Shown here: positions 38,581 through 52,019 of the stretch, one piece after another
How positions within the stretch are numbered: the first letter of the stretch is position 1
How the letters are laid out: every line of letters begins with the position of its first letter
NCBI GenBank assembly: GCA_013239625.1
Contig: MU053754.1
Span: 1,407,966 to 1,471,965 of the forward strand
DNA length: 64,000 nt
Direction of reading: 5' to 3'
From: Lama guanicoe
Taxonomy: Eukaryota
Made by a program: the position numbers and the translations under genes
The notes under the pieces: model-generated
What the model was told of the DNA's origin: nothing
What the model saw: only the letters and a program-made list of their open reading frames with translations
Database searches by the model: none

Positions 38581-39129
38581 TGCCAGAGCCAAAATTCCAC
38601 GCTGCCAATCCTCCCAATGGTCCATCCACTTCCTCCTAGAACCCCTCCAATCTTATGTCACCAAATCCACTTCCAAGGAACCATCTCAACACTCATTTTG
38701 TTCAGTGGCAGTCACACTTTTTGTCAATAACTGGTTTTTCTCTCTCTTGTCTCAGCTTTTGTTACCCTGTTAACGTGTCTGTCTGGCTTTCTCTTTCTGC
38801 CTCTCGAAACTCTAGGACAATGGTGTCTAAAAATAGTTCATAGTTACCTCGTTGGAGGAATTGTCCTGCCTCAGGACCACTCAACTCTTCCATGGGCTCC
38901 CAAGTTTCTGCCTCAACTTGTTCATTATCTCTAGAGCATTACATCCACGTATCTCAACTATCTCATCACCTCACACTCAGCGTTTCAAGGCCAAACTTTC
39001 CACAGGCCTCCAAAAGAGTTTCCCTTCACAATTCCCCACTTGTTAATAGAGAAGTTCTCTCAGTCTCAGAATTTTTGAATTATCATCTTCTTTGCCCCGC
39101 ATATTCAATCAGCTATGTGTTTCATCAAT

Positions 39130-40310
39130 TCCTTTTTTGACATGTTTTTCCCTTGTTCTCTCTATTCTCTTTCTGGAACTCTAAATAAATTTATGATATA
39201 ACCGTCTTAATTTACCTTCCTTGTCTTTTAACATCACATCCATATTTTCCATTTATTTAATTCTCCAAGCTGCCACCTCAGTGATTTCTTAAAGTCCTGC
39301 CTTTCAGCTCATTCATTCTCCCTTCAGCTGTGTCTAATCTTCTATTTACTCTACATTTGATGTTTTCATTTTAAGTTGTTTTCTTTCATATCTCAAATAT
39401 ATATTTGGTTATTTTTCATATCTGCCTCTCCTTCTTTATCGATTCCTTTTTATATTTATTCAATTAACCTCTTCTTCCTTATTGATTCTTTTTTATGTTT
39501 ATTCAGTTCACTAAACTTACAGTCTGATTATTCCCATACCTGAAAACTTCACATGTCTGACTTTGCTGTTTCTGACTTTGGCCAGCTCTCACTCACGGCA
39601 GTTTATTACTGGTGTTTTGTGGGTTTTCTCTGTGAATTCATCTTCCTTGGAACTTCACAGGCAGCCTTTGAAGTTGGGTCTAAAGTGCATACCTCTAAAG
39701 GTGATTTGCATTTGGCTTCTGCCAGGTGCCTAGAGGTGCTAATGATTCAGGCTGATTTTGAACTAAACTCTTGGCTTTAGTTTTCTTCGGACCACAAAAC
39801 AAAGTTGCAAATTCTGGCCCCCCATTGAGGGCTGCCTTCTTATTACAGTTTCTGGGAAGATTGCTTTCCCTCCACTAAGAAGGAAGGCTAGTTCTTAAAG
39901 TGTCCCTTTGTGGGATGAGGGTTTTGGTTGGTTGGTTGGCTTTAGCTCATCCTTCCACTGAGGGTCTCTATTTTCAGGGGTCCTGGCTTTATGCTGTGGT
40001 CTCCAGTCCACCTCTGACCTTGATGACACTAGGTTTTGCTGCATGGCCCCAAGCAGCTCATTGAACCAAACAAAGATCCTGACTACCAATTATCAGCAGG
40101 TGCTTACAGGGCAGCTGTCCTCTTCAGCACCTCCCCTGTCTCTTTGCATTTTAGCTGTTTCATTTGTTTTGAACCCTAAGCATTTCTTGTCAGCTAAGCC
40201 CTGCTTTTAGAAAGATATTTGTTATGTATTTGTCCACCCTATTCAGGTGGGTTTTTAAAATAAGACATTTTTGCATATCTAGTCAATAATATTGCCAAAA
40301 CTAAAGTCAA
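39130..40310 (-). mobile_element. Ancient L1ME 5' region (5' UTR/ORF1)
   Basis: 'ttctctttctggaactctaa', 'ttcagctgtgtctaatcttctattta', 'gatttgcatttggcttctgccaggtgcctag', ending 'atctagtcaataatattgccaaaactaaagtc'. Confidence 0.6.
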
Positions 40311-40505
40311 AATTACCTTGAAAAACAAACGTAAATGTCTCTCCTATTGGCGCATCTCCTTTCCAATATTACTCTCCTCCACTTTCCCCACATCCTTCCT
40401 GATAACCAGGAAGCCTCCCCACTGGCCCTCCAGGATCACTTTTATTCCCAATTTCACATTTTTTCTCCTACCTAGAACCTCTACTTTCTTTCCTTCCACC
40501 AAACC

Positions 40506-40724
40506 TAGGGTTCCTCACCCTCAGCAATGTTGACATTTCGGCAGGATAATTCTTTGTGGAGGGGAAAGAGGCTGTCCTGTGTATCCCAGGATGTTTAGCA
40601 GCACCCCTAGCCTCTACCCACCAGATGCCAGTAGCACCCCTCCCAGTTGTGACAACCAAAGCTGTCTCCAGGCATTGTTGAATAGCCACCGGATGGTAAA
40701 ATGGCCCTTAGTTGAAAACTACTG
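40506..40724 (-). mobile_element. MER20
   Basis: 'ggataattctttgtgg...ggatgtttagcagcacccctagcctctacccaccagatgccagtagcacc...gttgtgacaaccaaa'. Confidence 0.9.
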
Positions 40725-43474
40725 TGTTAGACAAATGTATACACTCGTTGAAAATCCCTGGAAATGCCTCTACTGCATCAAATCCTCCCTGATAACACTG
40801 ACTCATACTTATTTCTCCATCCCTACGTAACTAAACTGCAACATCATATTCTAATCTGAGAGGTCAAGTTGCACAATTGAGCACTTCTGCACAGTGCATA
40901 TTATCATCCTATCATTCCATATTTTTTAAAAAATCCACTTCAGAATCATTTTTTTCCTCATCTCACCTCATTTAGCACTAGGCACAGGCAAGAGCTCAAA
41001 AATATTTACCTGATGTGACTAAAGGGAAAATTTCAATTCACTGCTGATAAGATTTTTGGTCAAAATGATTCATCTGTTTCCATTGGCTGAGACAACTCAG
41101 CAAGTAGGAGTAGGAGGACGACAGACATCAAATTAGTTGTTTTTATTGATTAAAATGAAATCTAATAGTGTAGTAGAATTGACTACCGTGTATTTTAAGA
41201 TGAAAGTCAAGATTTTGCAAACAAAAAGTTAAAGAGAATCTATATAAAACAGGCAAAGGATTAACTGATACAATCTTTTGGGAAAATGCCAGTTATTTTC
41301 AGTAATAATTTGTTATTGTTTGTAATAAAAGTGCATCTATGAATAAAAAATTAAATCTTAAGTGTCCATATTGTATAGTCAAACTTTAAATTCCCAATTT
41401 TTAATAATTTAATTGATAATTCTAAAAATGCAAATTAATAATACTATTTGAACCACTTGAGAAACTCCATGTATTACTTGGCTGGCTTTTAGACTTGAAT
41501 CAAATTTTAAATAGCCTTCCAAAGTGTTAGGAATATTTTTCTCTTTTTCTGTAAAGAAGATAAAATGGCTGATGAAAATCAGTGACTTTGGGTCACTTGG
41601 CAGCAATTAATCAAGACATGTTTGAGTAGAAGTCATTAAATGGCCTATCACACAAGACATGATTAAGACATAATGATTATCAGTAAGCATAAATGTGAAT
41701 AAATGGCCTAAAAAATGTCAATGACATTCCATTAAATTCTAGGAATGGCCCTTAGAAACATTTCCCATCTTGATCTACATTTATATCGACAATATAAATT
41801 TGACTTTAGAAAATCCCTGAACTATGTTGGTGTTTAAATAGAGAATTATGGTGATTTGTCTTAATTTCACTTAAGTCAAACTTTTGAAGCATTATTGCTG
41901 AGTATGATTACACTTCTCTTTTCATTTGTTTTATAAAATACATAAAATTATTCCTGAACACTAGACTTGAAGTCTTTGGGTTAGTTACAAACGTCCCCAA
42001 TAGTTCTCATCTTTTCAGAAAGTTATCTCCTTCACTATGCAGTTTTCAAACGAAAGCAAGTGTTTGAGGCATTTGAGTTGCAGGAGCTCACATTTTCGTA
42101 TAAATCCATCACGGCTAAATTCCTCATACACAGAATCCCAAAGAAAAGTGAAAACGTTAATTACTCTATCAGTTGCACATATCCTGCAGGTTTGGTGCCA
42201 CAGACAAAAGAGGACTGCCTGTCTGTTTTTGTCTCTCTGTAACCTGATGCTCCATGTAACATTCATACAGCAAAGGAAAAGGATGGTGTTGTGGGAGAGG
42301 AGTGAAACACCAGGCTAGCCTCACTTGCTGTGACATGATGTGATTATATTAGCATCAAAAGAAAGGAGACATCCAAAATTACACACAATTCTATCACCAA
42401 CTAAAGAATTTAAGAATTTCCCCTCCCTCCTGCCCACTGTGGCTCAGACAGCCTCCATCACAGTTTAAGGACCAAATCACGCCTTTGCCCAAAGCATCCA
42501 CACTTGTCCATCACTCTAAAGCTGTTACAGACGAGCTTCTGTGTGATCTGGCGGTGCAGAAGACTTCCTAGCCAACTTCAACCCTTCCACCCACATCTGT
42601 CTCTGCAGTCACCACTGGCTGGCTCTTCCCGAAAGCCATTTCCTCTTCTTTCTGGGGACACCAGCCTCTTGTATGTGGCTATGTCAAAAGAGCAACAAGG
42701 GCTCAAGAGAAGGGTGAGCATGGAAGAGCAGAAAGTGGTGGCTGGTTAGATGATTTGCAGCAACTCACACAGTTGCTATTCACTCTACTGATCAGTCATT
42801 CACTCCAGTGTAACTTTGCAGCCCACTCTCACACTCATGCACCTCTTCCAAAGTGCATCCACGGACACTGCCTCCCCATCATGCTCCAGCCAGTAGTTCT
42901 GCAAGGGAAGAAACAGAAGAGGCTGGTACCCCACTTAGAGATGGGAAGTGGAGGCAGTAAAGGCACCAACTTAGCCAGAACTATACAATTTTGGAGGCAG
43001 AGCTGCAGGCAGATCTCAGCACTCCTGACTACTGATGTTTTTCTTACTCTTGCTCACTAGGTCACATTTAGTTTCCAGTAAAAAGTGGCCATAATTGTTG
43101 CTTTATTAAATTAGTTCTTAGGTCTTAATAATTAAGAAACTGTGTTTTGTCTTATTCTAACTGCAATTACATAAAACGATACAAATTAAAAAAAGGCTTA
43201 AACTCCCCAAAAAGATGTCCAAAAAGCTTCTGAAGGAACATAATTCTAATCATCTTAGGCTGAGCTTACATTTATACAGAATACAAAAGAGCTCGAGATG
43301 ACGAGAGGTCAGGGTTCACCTTAAACATATGTGTAACCCAGGTCCCAATGCAAAGTGTTATTGTGTATACAAAAGTGACTCATTTCTTTACTGAGGAACA
43401 TAAACATTTGATTGCATTTCCCCCTCTGGCTCAGTCATCTCACACATATTCTGAAACCAAAGGGCACCTCACCA

Positions 43475-44078
43475 CCAGCAAAGATGCAGAGAAATTGTTG
43501 CTTTCTATATTGCTATTGGCAGGAAAGTAAAACAGTGTAGCTACTTGGAAGAGAGTCTTGAAGTTCCTCAAGAACTTAAACGCGGTGTTTATATATGACC
43601 CAACAATTCCACTTCTGAGCACATGCCCAAGAGAAATGAAAACATATGTCCACACAAAAGCTTGTACACAAATGATCAAAGGTGCATTATTCATAATAGC
43701 CAAAAAGTGGAAACAGCTTAAAAAACCATCAGCTGACGAATGGATAAACAAAGTGTGGTCTATCCACATAGTGAAATGTTATTTGCTAATAAAAAAAAAG
43801 AATAGATTACTAATACATGCTACAACATGGATGAACCTTGAAAAGATTATGCTAAGTGAAAGATGCCAGACACAAAAGACCATATATTGTATGGTTCCTT
43901 TTATGTGAATGTGCAGAACAGGAAAATCCAGAGAGACATAAAATAGTTTAGGAATTGCCAGGGGCCTGGAGAAATGGGGAAATGAGAGGTGATTGCTAAT
44001 GGGTACAAGGATTCTTCTGGGGGTTATAAAACTGTTGTAAAATTAGATTAGGGTGATGGTTGTACAACTCTGTAAAAA
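43475..44078 (+). mobile_element. L1MB-like ORF2 end + 3' UTR
   Basis: ORF 43558-43908 gives YDPTIPLLSTCPREMKTYVHTKACTQM...ALFIIAKKWKQ...DEWINK. Confidence 0.92.
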
Positions 44079-44289
44079 ATGAATGTCAAATGCTTAGAAG
44101 AGTACCTGGCATGTGATTGGCATAATAAGGGTTATTACAGTAATAACATTACTGTAACAGTAAGATAATCGTATTGTGATTTCAATAGTTATTATCCTTA
44201 CAATTATTATTATTAAAATTATTATTATTATCATTATAGTCACTACTCTGAACAAAAATCCCATGGCCTCCAAGCATGGTTGCCTTCAG

Positions 44290-44820
44290 TGTGGGTCGAC
44301 AAACTAGGACCCTCAGGCCACATGTGACCTGTTTTTGTAAAGGAAGTTTTATGGGCACCAGCCACACCCATGTGCCATGTACCCTCTGTGGATTGGATAC
44401 CTAGAGCTGCCATGGTTGAGACTACATCCATGTACCATGGAGCTTCTATGGATGCTTAGTGCTGCTATAGTTGAGGTTATATCCATGTGCCATGGACCCT
44501 CTATGGGTGCCTAGTGCTGCCATGGTTGAGGTCACATCCATGTACCACGGACCCTTTATGGATACCTAGTGCTGCCATGGTTGAAGTCACTTCCATGTGC
44601 CATGGACCCTCTATGGGTGCCTAGTGCTGCCATGGTTGAGGTCACATCCATGTACCATGGACCCTCTATGGATGCCTAGTGCTGCCATGGTTGAGGTCAC
44701 ATCCATGTGCCATGGATCCTCTATGGATGCCCTGGCTGCCATGGCTGAGGGGTTGCCACAGAGATCTTACAGCCTGCAAAGCCTAAAATATCTCCTACCT
44801 GGACCTTTATAGAGACAATA
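44290..44820 (+). mobile_element. MER58A expanded by an internal minisatellite
   Basis: 5' arm 'gggtcgacaaact...cctgtttttgtaaaggaagttttatgggcaccagccacaccca'; 3' arm 'gttgccacagagatcttacagcctgcaaagcctaaaatatctcctacctggacctttataga'. Confidence 0.85.
44368..44750. repeat. 55-bp minisatellite, about 7 copies
   Basis: Unit CCATGTGCCATGGACCCTCTATGGGTGCCTAGTGCTGCCATGGTTGAGGTCACAT; starts at 44368, 44428, 44483, 44538, 44593, 44648, 44703. Confidence 0.97.
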
Positions 44821-45696
44821 AGTGGACCACTCTGTCCCATAATATACAGAATATTGTTACTTTAATCCTAAGAGAGAATAAATTACAATTCTTTCAGGGA
44901 AGCAAAGAAGCTGAGAGGGGAAATGGCTGACTACTTCCTAGGACTCACAGACCTGGCCTATCATGTCACTTCCCCTTCCTCACCCCTGCCCTTCTCCAAA
45001 CACCAGTTTCAAATACGTGCCCTCTAGGGCTAAAAGGTATCACAATCAGCCTACTTTTTCTAAGGTCCCCACTCTCTAGATCCCCGCCATCTCTCTACGA
45101 AGTCCCAGCTCCTGGCCATCCTGTCACTCACATCCACACACTGGGAAAGGACAGGGTACCACTCTAGACTTGACCTCAGCTCCTTCTCTACTTCCAAGAA
45201 GAACACCTTCTCCCCCAGATGTTTACCACTGAGAAAGGCCTTATTCATGGAAATATGACTTCTGAAAGTTCTATTCAAGGGGGAGAGGAAAGTGGTGGTT
45301 TTAACCAGAAGAATCTAAACAGCCTCCATGGACACACTCCTGAGCGTCAACCAGAGGTCCCACCATCATAGTGTCACTCAGAAGTGCACACACATTGAGG
45401 ACAGGGCCAGCTGGTCCCTACTCACGCATAACCCACCCTTCAGGATGCTCGATCAATCAACCAATCAGTGTCCTGAGGAACAGGTGCTGGACACATGGGC
45501 TACTCCTCGTAGGCCAGCAATGTTACCACGGTTTATCCTCCTAACTCACATGGACTGTCAGATTTTTTTTTAAATTATGTTTGAGGGAATATGATTTGCC
45601 CCAGAACACTGTTCTGAACAAATGTTATACCTTCCGCTGCTCCAAAAATGAAATCAATGTTCCATGGAGCTGCCCATGCCCCAAGTGCGAACTTAC

Positions 45697-45803
45697 CTGA
45701 TTTTGTCAGAAGCTCTTTCCAAAACAGGTTTTAATCTCTCACATAGGTCTTCTACCCAAGGATAACATGTATACGCTTACTAAGATACCATGGTCATTGA
45801 TGC
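45697..45803 (-). other. Candidate non-coding exon (107 nt)
   Basis: tgcAG acceptor after a 157-nt AG-free, pyrimidine-rich zone; perfect CAG|GTAAGT donor at 45696-45691; all three frames contain stops. Confidence 0.3.
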
Positions 45804-45849
45804 CTGCATTTTTTAAAGTTGATTGGGATTTTTTAATGGTAAAAAAATT

Positions 45850-45957
45850 TTAAGAATTGAGGAAGAGAGGGATGAAAGGAAGGAAGAAGGGAGGGAGGGA
45901 GAGGGAGATAGAAAGAAACAGAGACAGAGAAAGACAGCAAGACAAGCAGAGACAGAT
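45850..45957. repeat. GA-rich purine tract
   Basis: Read directly. Confidence 0.85.
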
Positions 45958-47514
45958 CACAACTGTGGAGAAAGAATCATATGGGCCCAATTTCTCCCAC
46001 CCATCTGTTAATCCCCCCACACATGGGGCACCCAGTACCTTCAAAGTGAGCTTTGCCCACGCTGTACAGAAGGGATCAGCATTAAGACAACTGCATGTAA
46101 ACTTTCCAAAAGAAAAGAAAACAGGCACGGAAGAACATAAGCCTTTTTGCCTCTTCCAAGGAATCAAACAATGACTCAGGAACAGCACATCAAAATCAAA
46201 GATGATGGCAGCTTCAAAGCTCCCCAAAAAGATCAAAGGCAGAGTGAAGGCAAAGAAGACGGAATCTGAGACAGCGGGGAAAGGGTCCTCGCAGCCACCA
46301 CCAAGCCATAATAACCACTATCTCCAATAAGTTACCTTCCACTCTTAAAATCAGCTTTAGGCTTCTCACAGGGAGCTTTATTGAAAGCTCTTTAACAGAA
46401 ACAAAATATGAGGCATTTTAGCAAAAATACTGAAATCAAACTCTAGTGGGAGAGAGTCCAGGACATCACCTTGCCCTGCCTCCCTAAAAAGACGGTCTTG
46501 CTGGACTTCACATATTTTAAACTGAATTTAGCAGACTTCCCCAGAGTCTGGTAACATTTTCAGTTAGATCACAACAGAATGGTTTTAAACTCAATGTATT
46601 TACCCTAGTAGCATTTTAAAGTGTGACTTTTCTACAACCTCCCCAAGTGCTAGAAAGAAGAATGAACATTAGCCAAACATTTCTTAATTTTTAGAATTTG
46701 ATGCCTGACTTCTGTATAGCTGGTCAGAAAATGTCTCTCCCTCACTCTGCTGCCATTATAAAACATTTCTCCCTTTAACTCATGTTTTCCAGAATATCGT
46801 GCTGTGTAATTACACCGAGGTAATTCTATAGTGTTTGAGTGTGGACTGGATTCCACATAATTAGTTGGACATAACTGAGCAGTAATGCCTAGTTATGGGT
46901 AAAAGTCACGGGGCCTCTCACAAAGGAAAATTTCCAGGACAGTGATGTGTTGTTCCCAACAAGTGCACAAAATACTGCCTATGGTACAATCTTCTTTTTT
47001 CGCTCTGGAAACATCATTTCCAAATGAAGGCTGGAGCATCATTTGAGGGAATACGATTCTCTCTCACTATAAGGCAGCATCCTTCCCGAATCCCTTCTTC
47101 AAAAATCCTCAGAGTGCTTGTGAGGGAACAGATCAAAGGAAGCCAAGAATACAGTACAGTCCCTGGCATAGAATAGGTGTCCGGAAAAACAGTTTGAAAA
47201 TTATTTCTATGGAAAACTTACGGGTACTGTTCTTTCATACAGAAAACACAAGACATGTGTACTTTGAATATCACCACCTCTGCCTCTCTCTCTCTCGTGT
47301 GTACAGAACAGATGTTTCCTACTGCCTCAGGGACTACACAGCCACATGTTCCTGAAAACAGCTCCGGACACTAGAATGACAGTTTCCACCTACACAGAAC
47401 ACTTCATTATTAAAACCCTGCCCAAAGTATGACATCTATAATGATGAGTCTTCTCACGTATTTTTCCAGTTATTTCCTATGCCTTGATTCCCGCAGAATT
47501 TGCAAGCCTAGGGC

Positions 47515-47515
<1 letters not shown>

Positions 47516-47547
<32 letters not shown>
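47516..47547. repeat. (AC)16 microsatellite
   Basis: Read directly. Confidence 0.95.
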
Positions 47548-47549
<2 letters not shown>

Positions 47550-47918
47550 TGCAATAAACGTAAAAATCCAAAACAATCCTATAAAGTGTTTGCACTTGCT
47601 GTCAACGTATTGATCATATCAAATCTTCCACTTCAGCCACACCTAAATACCACCTATATTTATCTTTTGCCCTACTGGGAAAGACTGCAGGGACAATTTT
47701 CAAATCTGTAAAGAAGCAAATAAGGCTGTATCTATTTCAGGGAGTGTTTCTTACTTTATTTGTTTTGTACTGCTACATTCAGGCTGTTTCTCTAAAGTGC
47801 ACCCCAGTTTCCCAAACCTAAAGCATTAACTTTTTGAAAAGCTATGTTCTTCCTAAATGTTCTACTCTGATGTTTGTTCCCTTGAAACAGGTTAAAGAGT
47901 TTAAAAAAAAACTGGCTG

Positions 47919-48110
47919 GCAAACTGCTATATATAAAACAGATAAACAACAAAGTCCTAATGTATCGCAAAGGAAACTACATTCAAGGGCTTATAATAAC
48001 CTATAATAAACAAGGATATGAAGAAGAATACATATGTGTGTAACTGAATCACTATGCTGTGCACCTGAAACTACCACAATATTGTAAATCAACTACACTT
48101 CAATTTTTTT
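47919..48110 (+). mobile_element. L1 3' end with 11-bp TSD
   Basis: 'gcaaactgctatatataaaacagataaacaacaaagtcc...aactacacttcaa'; TSD AAAACTGGCTG at 47908-47918 and 48111-48121. Confidence 0.92.
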
Positions 48111-49822
48111 AAAACTGGCTGATTTTTAATGCAACAAGCTTCACAAAAACAGATGGTGTATGACCTGGCTAATTAGGTAACAGAGAATCTCATTCCCAAA
48201 ATAAAGCTGTGTTTTGGTTAATCCTTCTACATCGCACTTAAACCAGCCATAGAAAGGAGTCTGCTGGGGTCTTTTCCCTTAGCATCATGCATCACGTCCC
48301 TTCTCTTCCTGTCCCTCACCCCCTTCCACCCTCATGCCACCTCTTGCTGAACGTTTCTACCTTGACAGCATGAGTAGAGTCCAAAGTATAACAGAAGTGA
48401 GGCAATAACTCTTCACTAACTAAGAAGATCGGACCACTTGAAAACGTTTCCAAATGAACATTTTTCACTGCCAAGCAGGTCTGTGGGGATCTATTTGTTT
48501 TAAATGTTGTCGTCTTCCCTAGCTAAGGGGACAGACTCTAAATACCCACGTCACAAGACCAAGTGAGAGATTTTCTACGCTCTGATCCATGGTCCCTAAT
48601 CTCAATTGTCCACAAGTCACACCCAAAGGATTGCCCACAGAGCTCTCACCAAGTCTGCTCTAAAATGACAGCAAGCAGATCCTCTAAACAAACTTTAGTT
48701 CATTCCATTTCCACATAAAAACACCCCAAAAGGGCACCTGCGATCCTCAATCTCCCCATCGATGTAGGGTATATCCAGGGCTCCTCATTTTCCCAGATTT
48801 TTCTGTGGATAATTATTAGGCTGTGGCACCAAATACCTCCCCACACAGACACACAAACACACCTGTTTGTACACATGCACACATGCGCACAAGCATATTT
48901 AGTCTTCTGAAACAATAGGGTCTACAGCAATGGTGAGAGGAACAATCATTCATCAGCACTTGTTTTACAAACCAGTGCTCAGTCCCTCCCCTTCACATCT
49001 CCTTCGGCTTGCTAGAAATTAAAAGGGGGTCAGTTTCTGGGCTATAAGTCCCTTAAATCCTGCACCTTTCATCACACAAAGAGAAACACTGTAAAACTCC
49101 GTTCCAGTAAGGATTTAATTAAATTGCTAGCAAAAGAACCTCGGTTGATGTTTTTCTCTCTTTCAATCTGGAGGAAAAGGAACAGTTTATTCCTCTCATG
49201 GCTTCATGTGCATGAAACCTCCTGGCTCCGAACGCTGTTCTTCCCTCAGACTGAGAGCACGTGGAAAGGCATGGACCGTGAGCTCTTCATCCGGCTTTCC
49301 CCAGCTCCTAGGACAATGCTGAGCGCAGATGGTGCCTAAGGATCATTTCTTTCTTTAAGTGTGGTGTTTGTTGATGCCTTGAGTGCCCCTACACGCATCA
49401 CCTGTGCCCCCTCTTGCAAACTCATTTGCACAAACACTGAGCTCATGGCCTGTTCTGGCTAGTCCTACCTGGGCCACACAATTGTCTGTGTTCAGGGCTT
49501 AACTTTACTAGGTTATAACAATGCATTGCAATGCCTGTCTGATGAAGTCTGAACTTTTGTTAAGGCTTGTGACTTGCCATGTTCATGAAATTTATGGATG
49601 GTCACCGTTTAGTAATGTCCCAATAAGATTCGGGGAAGAAATAGCTATAGCAATGGCGTAATTACTAACTGTCCCCAAATCACCACATAAAAAGGGGCAG
49701 ACCAACCAGACAGCAAAACCAAGAGTGCATGCACCATACTGATAACGAACTCTGGTGACACCACATAGCCATGATTGCTAAACTACAAGGCTTAAGAATC
49801 AGCATCTGATTACTCAGCCAGG

Positions 49823-49990
49823 AAAAAGAATGAAATAATAGCATTTGCAGCAACATGGATGGACCTAGAGATTATCATATGAAGGAAAGTAAGTCAGACA
49901 GAGAGAGGACAAATACCATATGATATCACTTATACGAGAACTCTTTTTTTAAATGATACAAGTCTTATGTACAAACCGGAAATAGACCAA
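49823..49990 (+). mobile_element. L1 3' UTR fragment
   Basis: 'aagaatgaaataatagcatttgcagcaacatggatggacctagagattatcat...caaataccatatgatatcactta'. Confidence 0.85.
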
Positions 49991-49994
49991 AGGA

Positions 49995-51480
49995 CAATGT
50001 AAATATAGTACCACTATTTCTTTAAAATGAAGAAAGAATGAGCAGGTGCAAAAAAACTAGCTCTCTTAATGAACGTGGTGGTAGCAACAGTATTATCATT
50101 TGAGACCGCTGTGGTGTGATGTAAGATAAAGCAAATGGGTAATTGTATCTATTCTAATTCTATCCTTCCTGGGGTTCTTGAGAATGTGGATCATTGGGGT
50201 GAAAAAAGGAGGTAAAGTTTTCACATCGAAATGTTAAAGAATAACATAAACTAAAAACTCACAAGTAATTTATCTTTAAAAGTAAAAATTCCAGTTCTGT
50301 CCACTGTAACGTCTAGAAAAAGTGACTATCTAATAGCAATGAATCTTCCTAGCACCAAGATCATGTTCTTATAATATCATTTCCCTGTGAAAGACCCCAA
50401 GGAATTGTGGAGAAATGGCCAGTTCCTAGCCTGGGACACAAAATGTACAAGATGACCTCAAAGATCTTATCACAGCCGCTATCAAGAAACCGATCCGTCA
50501 CTTGAGGGATATGTCAAAATGAGTCAGGAGTCAACATGAAGAGGCTGTCACCAACCACAGATGGGACAACTTGAACTTCAATAAGGATGGAAACTACAAT
50601 TTAAAACCAGTTCACAATTAAATTTTTTAAATTAATTGATTTATAAGAAATCAATCTGTGATCTTGAAAGCTGATAAAAACTAAGCATTTATCCTGCCTT
50701 TCCTATCTGAATTATACCACTAGGCAACTCAAGAGTAGAGGAGAAGTGACTCCTTATAATGTTATCACAGTAGTAAGTGGAAACAAAATGATGGAGTTAG
50801 ATATCACCATTTAGCAACCTCCAATAAATTCACAGACCTAGCATGTTAACAGCCGCTAACATTACAAAAAATGAGTGAAACTCAGATATTATTGTGGCTC
50901 CTGAGGAAGGAACTCAACATCACTTACATACAGTCTTACCAAACAGACTGAACATGGGTCTGATCAAGCCGCTACAGACAGCTTAAGAAAATGCAGAGAA
51001 CGGAGGAAAACATTGACCTTCACCGTAAGTATGCAATCAGCAAAGTCCAGACTTTGGGAAACTCAACAGGTCCAATAACCCTGGTTCCTCAACAGACAAA
51101 CTGTAGAAAAAATAACAACAGAAAGGCATGGAGAAAACTGTAGACTAAAAGTAATTTAAAAGACATCACATTATAAATATTGACAAAACCCACCATGTAG
51201 GGATGCAAATCTGGGGGGACAGAGCCAGACAGAAATTCAAGGAAGCAGTTACTATAAAAGTTAACAGAGTGTGTACTAGAGGTAGGCGATGGGGTATGAC
51301 TGTGGGAGGGGCACAGGACAGGGCTCCTAGAGTGTTCATGTTCTGTTCTACGGCATGCGTAATCTTCACGAGGGTGCTTGCCATATAATCTTTATATGTA
51401 TGTTTCTAGATACATAGTCTTTATGCCCTTCTTCATGCCTTTCTGTACTCATGTCTCATTTTACAGTGAAAAGTTTAGTT
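49995..51480 (+). mobile_element. L1MC3/L1MD-like long 3' UTR relic
   Basis: 'agttctgtccactg...ctaatagcaatgaatcttcctagcacc', 'ggagaaatggcc...aaatgtacaagatga', 'gcaatcagcaaagtccagactttgggaaact'. Confidence 0.7.
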
Positions 51481-52019
51481 TAAAAGGTAAACTGATGATG
51501 ATGATGTCTCAAATTATTAAGTAACAGAAGTGATCACATTGAGGTCAGAATCCAGCAGAATACCTGAAAGTCTGGGGCAAGGCAGAGGGTGGAGCCAGGG
51601 TCAGGGGCCCCAGAGTTACGAGCCAGCCTGTCCAGCTCAGAAATTCAGAAACCTTGAACCCTGAGGCAGGGACACTAGGGTGAGAGGCTGCGCGTGGTAT
51701 CAGCAGGTCATTAGGGAAAGCACCAGGGATCAGCTTTCCAGGGGCAGAGACAGAGACCCAAACCACCAGCCAAAGGAGGGCCAGTTGGAGAAAAAGACCA
51801 CGGCAGACAGTCTTAGACATATGGCCCCACCTCACCCACAGCCGCACCAGGATTTACAGGATACAATAGGTTGTAAATTTAAAAGTACTTTAAAAAAGAA
51901 AAGATCCTTCAAGAAAATGAGGTGTTTTTAAAGAGAACTAGGATCGTTTTTTTCCCGCACTACACATTTGTGAAAACGTTCCTGGAGGGTCCCAAGATTA
52001 ACATCACGCAGGGACCTGC

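Noticed and set aside
44368..44750. CRISPR-like regularly spaced repeats
   Set aside because: Head-to-tail units with no unique spacers, no cas genes, and a mammalian context; it is a minisatellite.
45823..46236. Charged/low-complexity ORFs
   Set aside because: Translations of the GA-rich tract.
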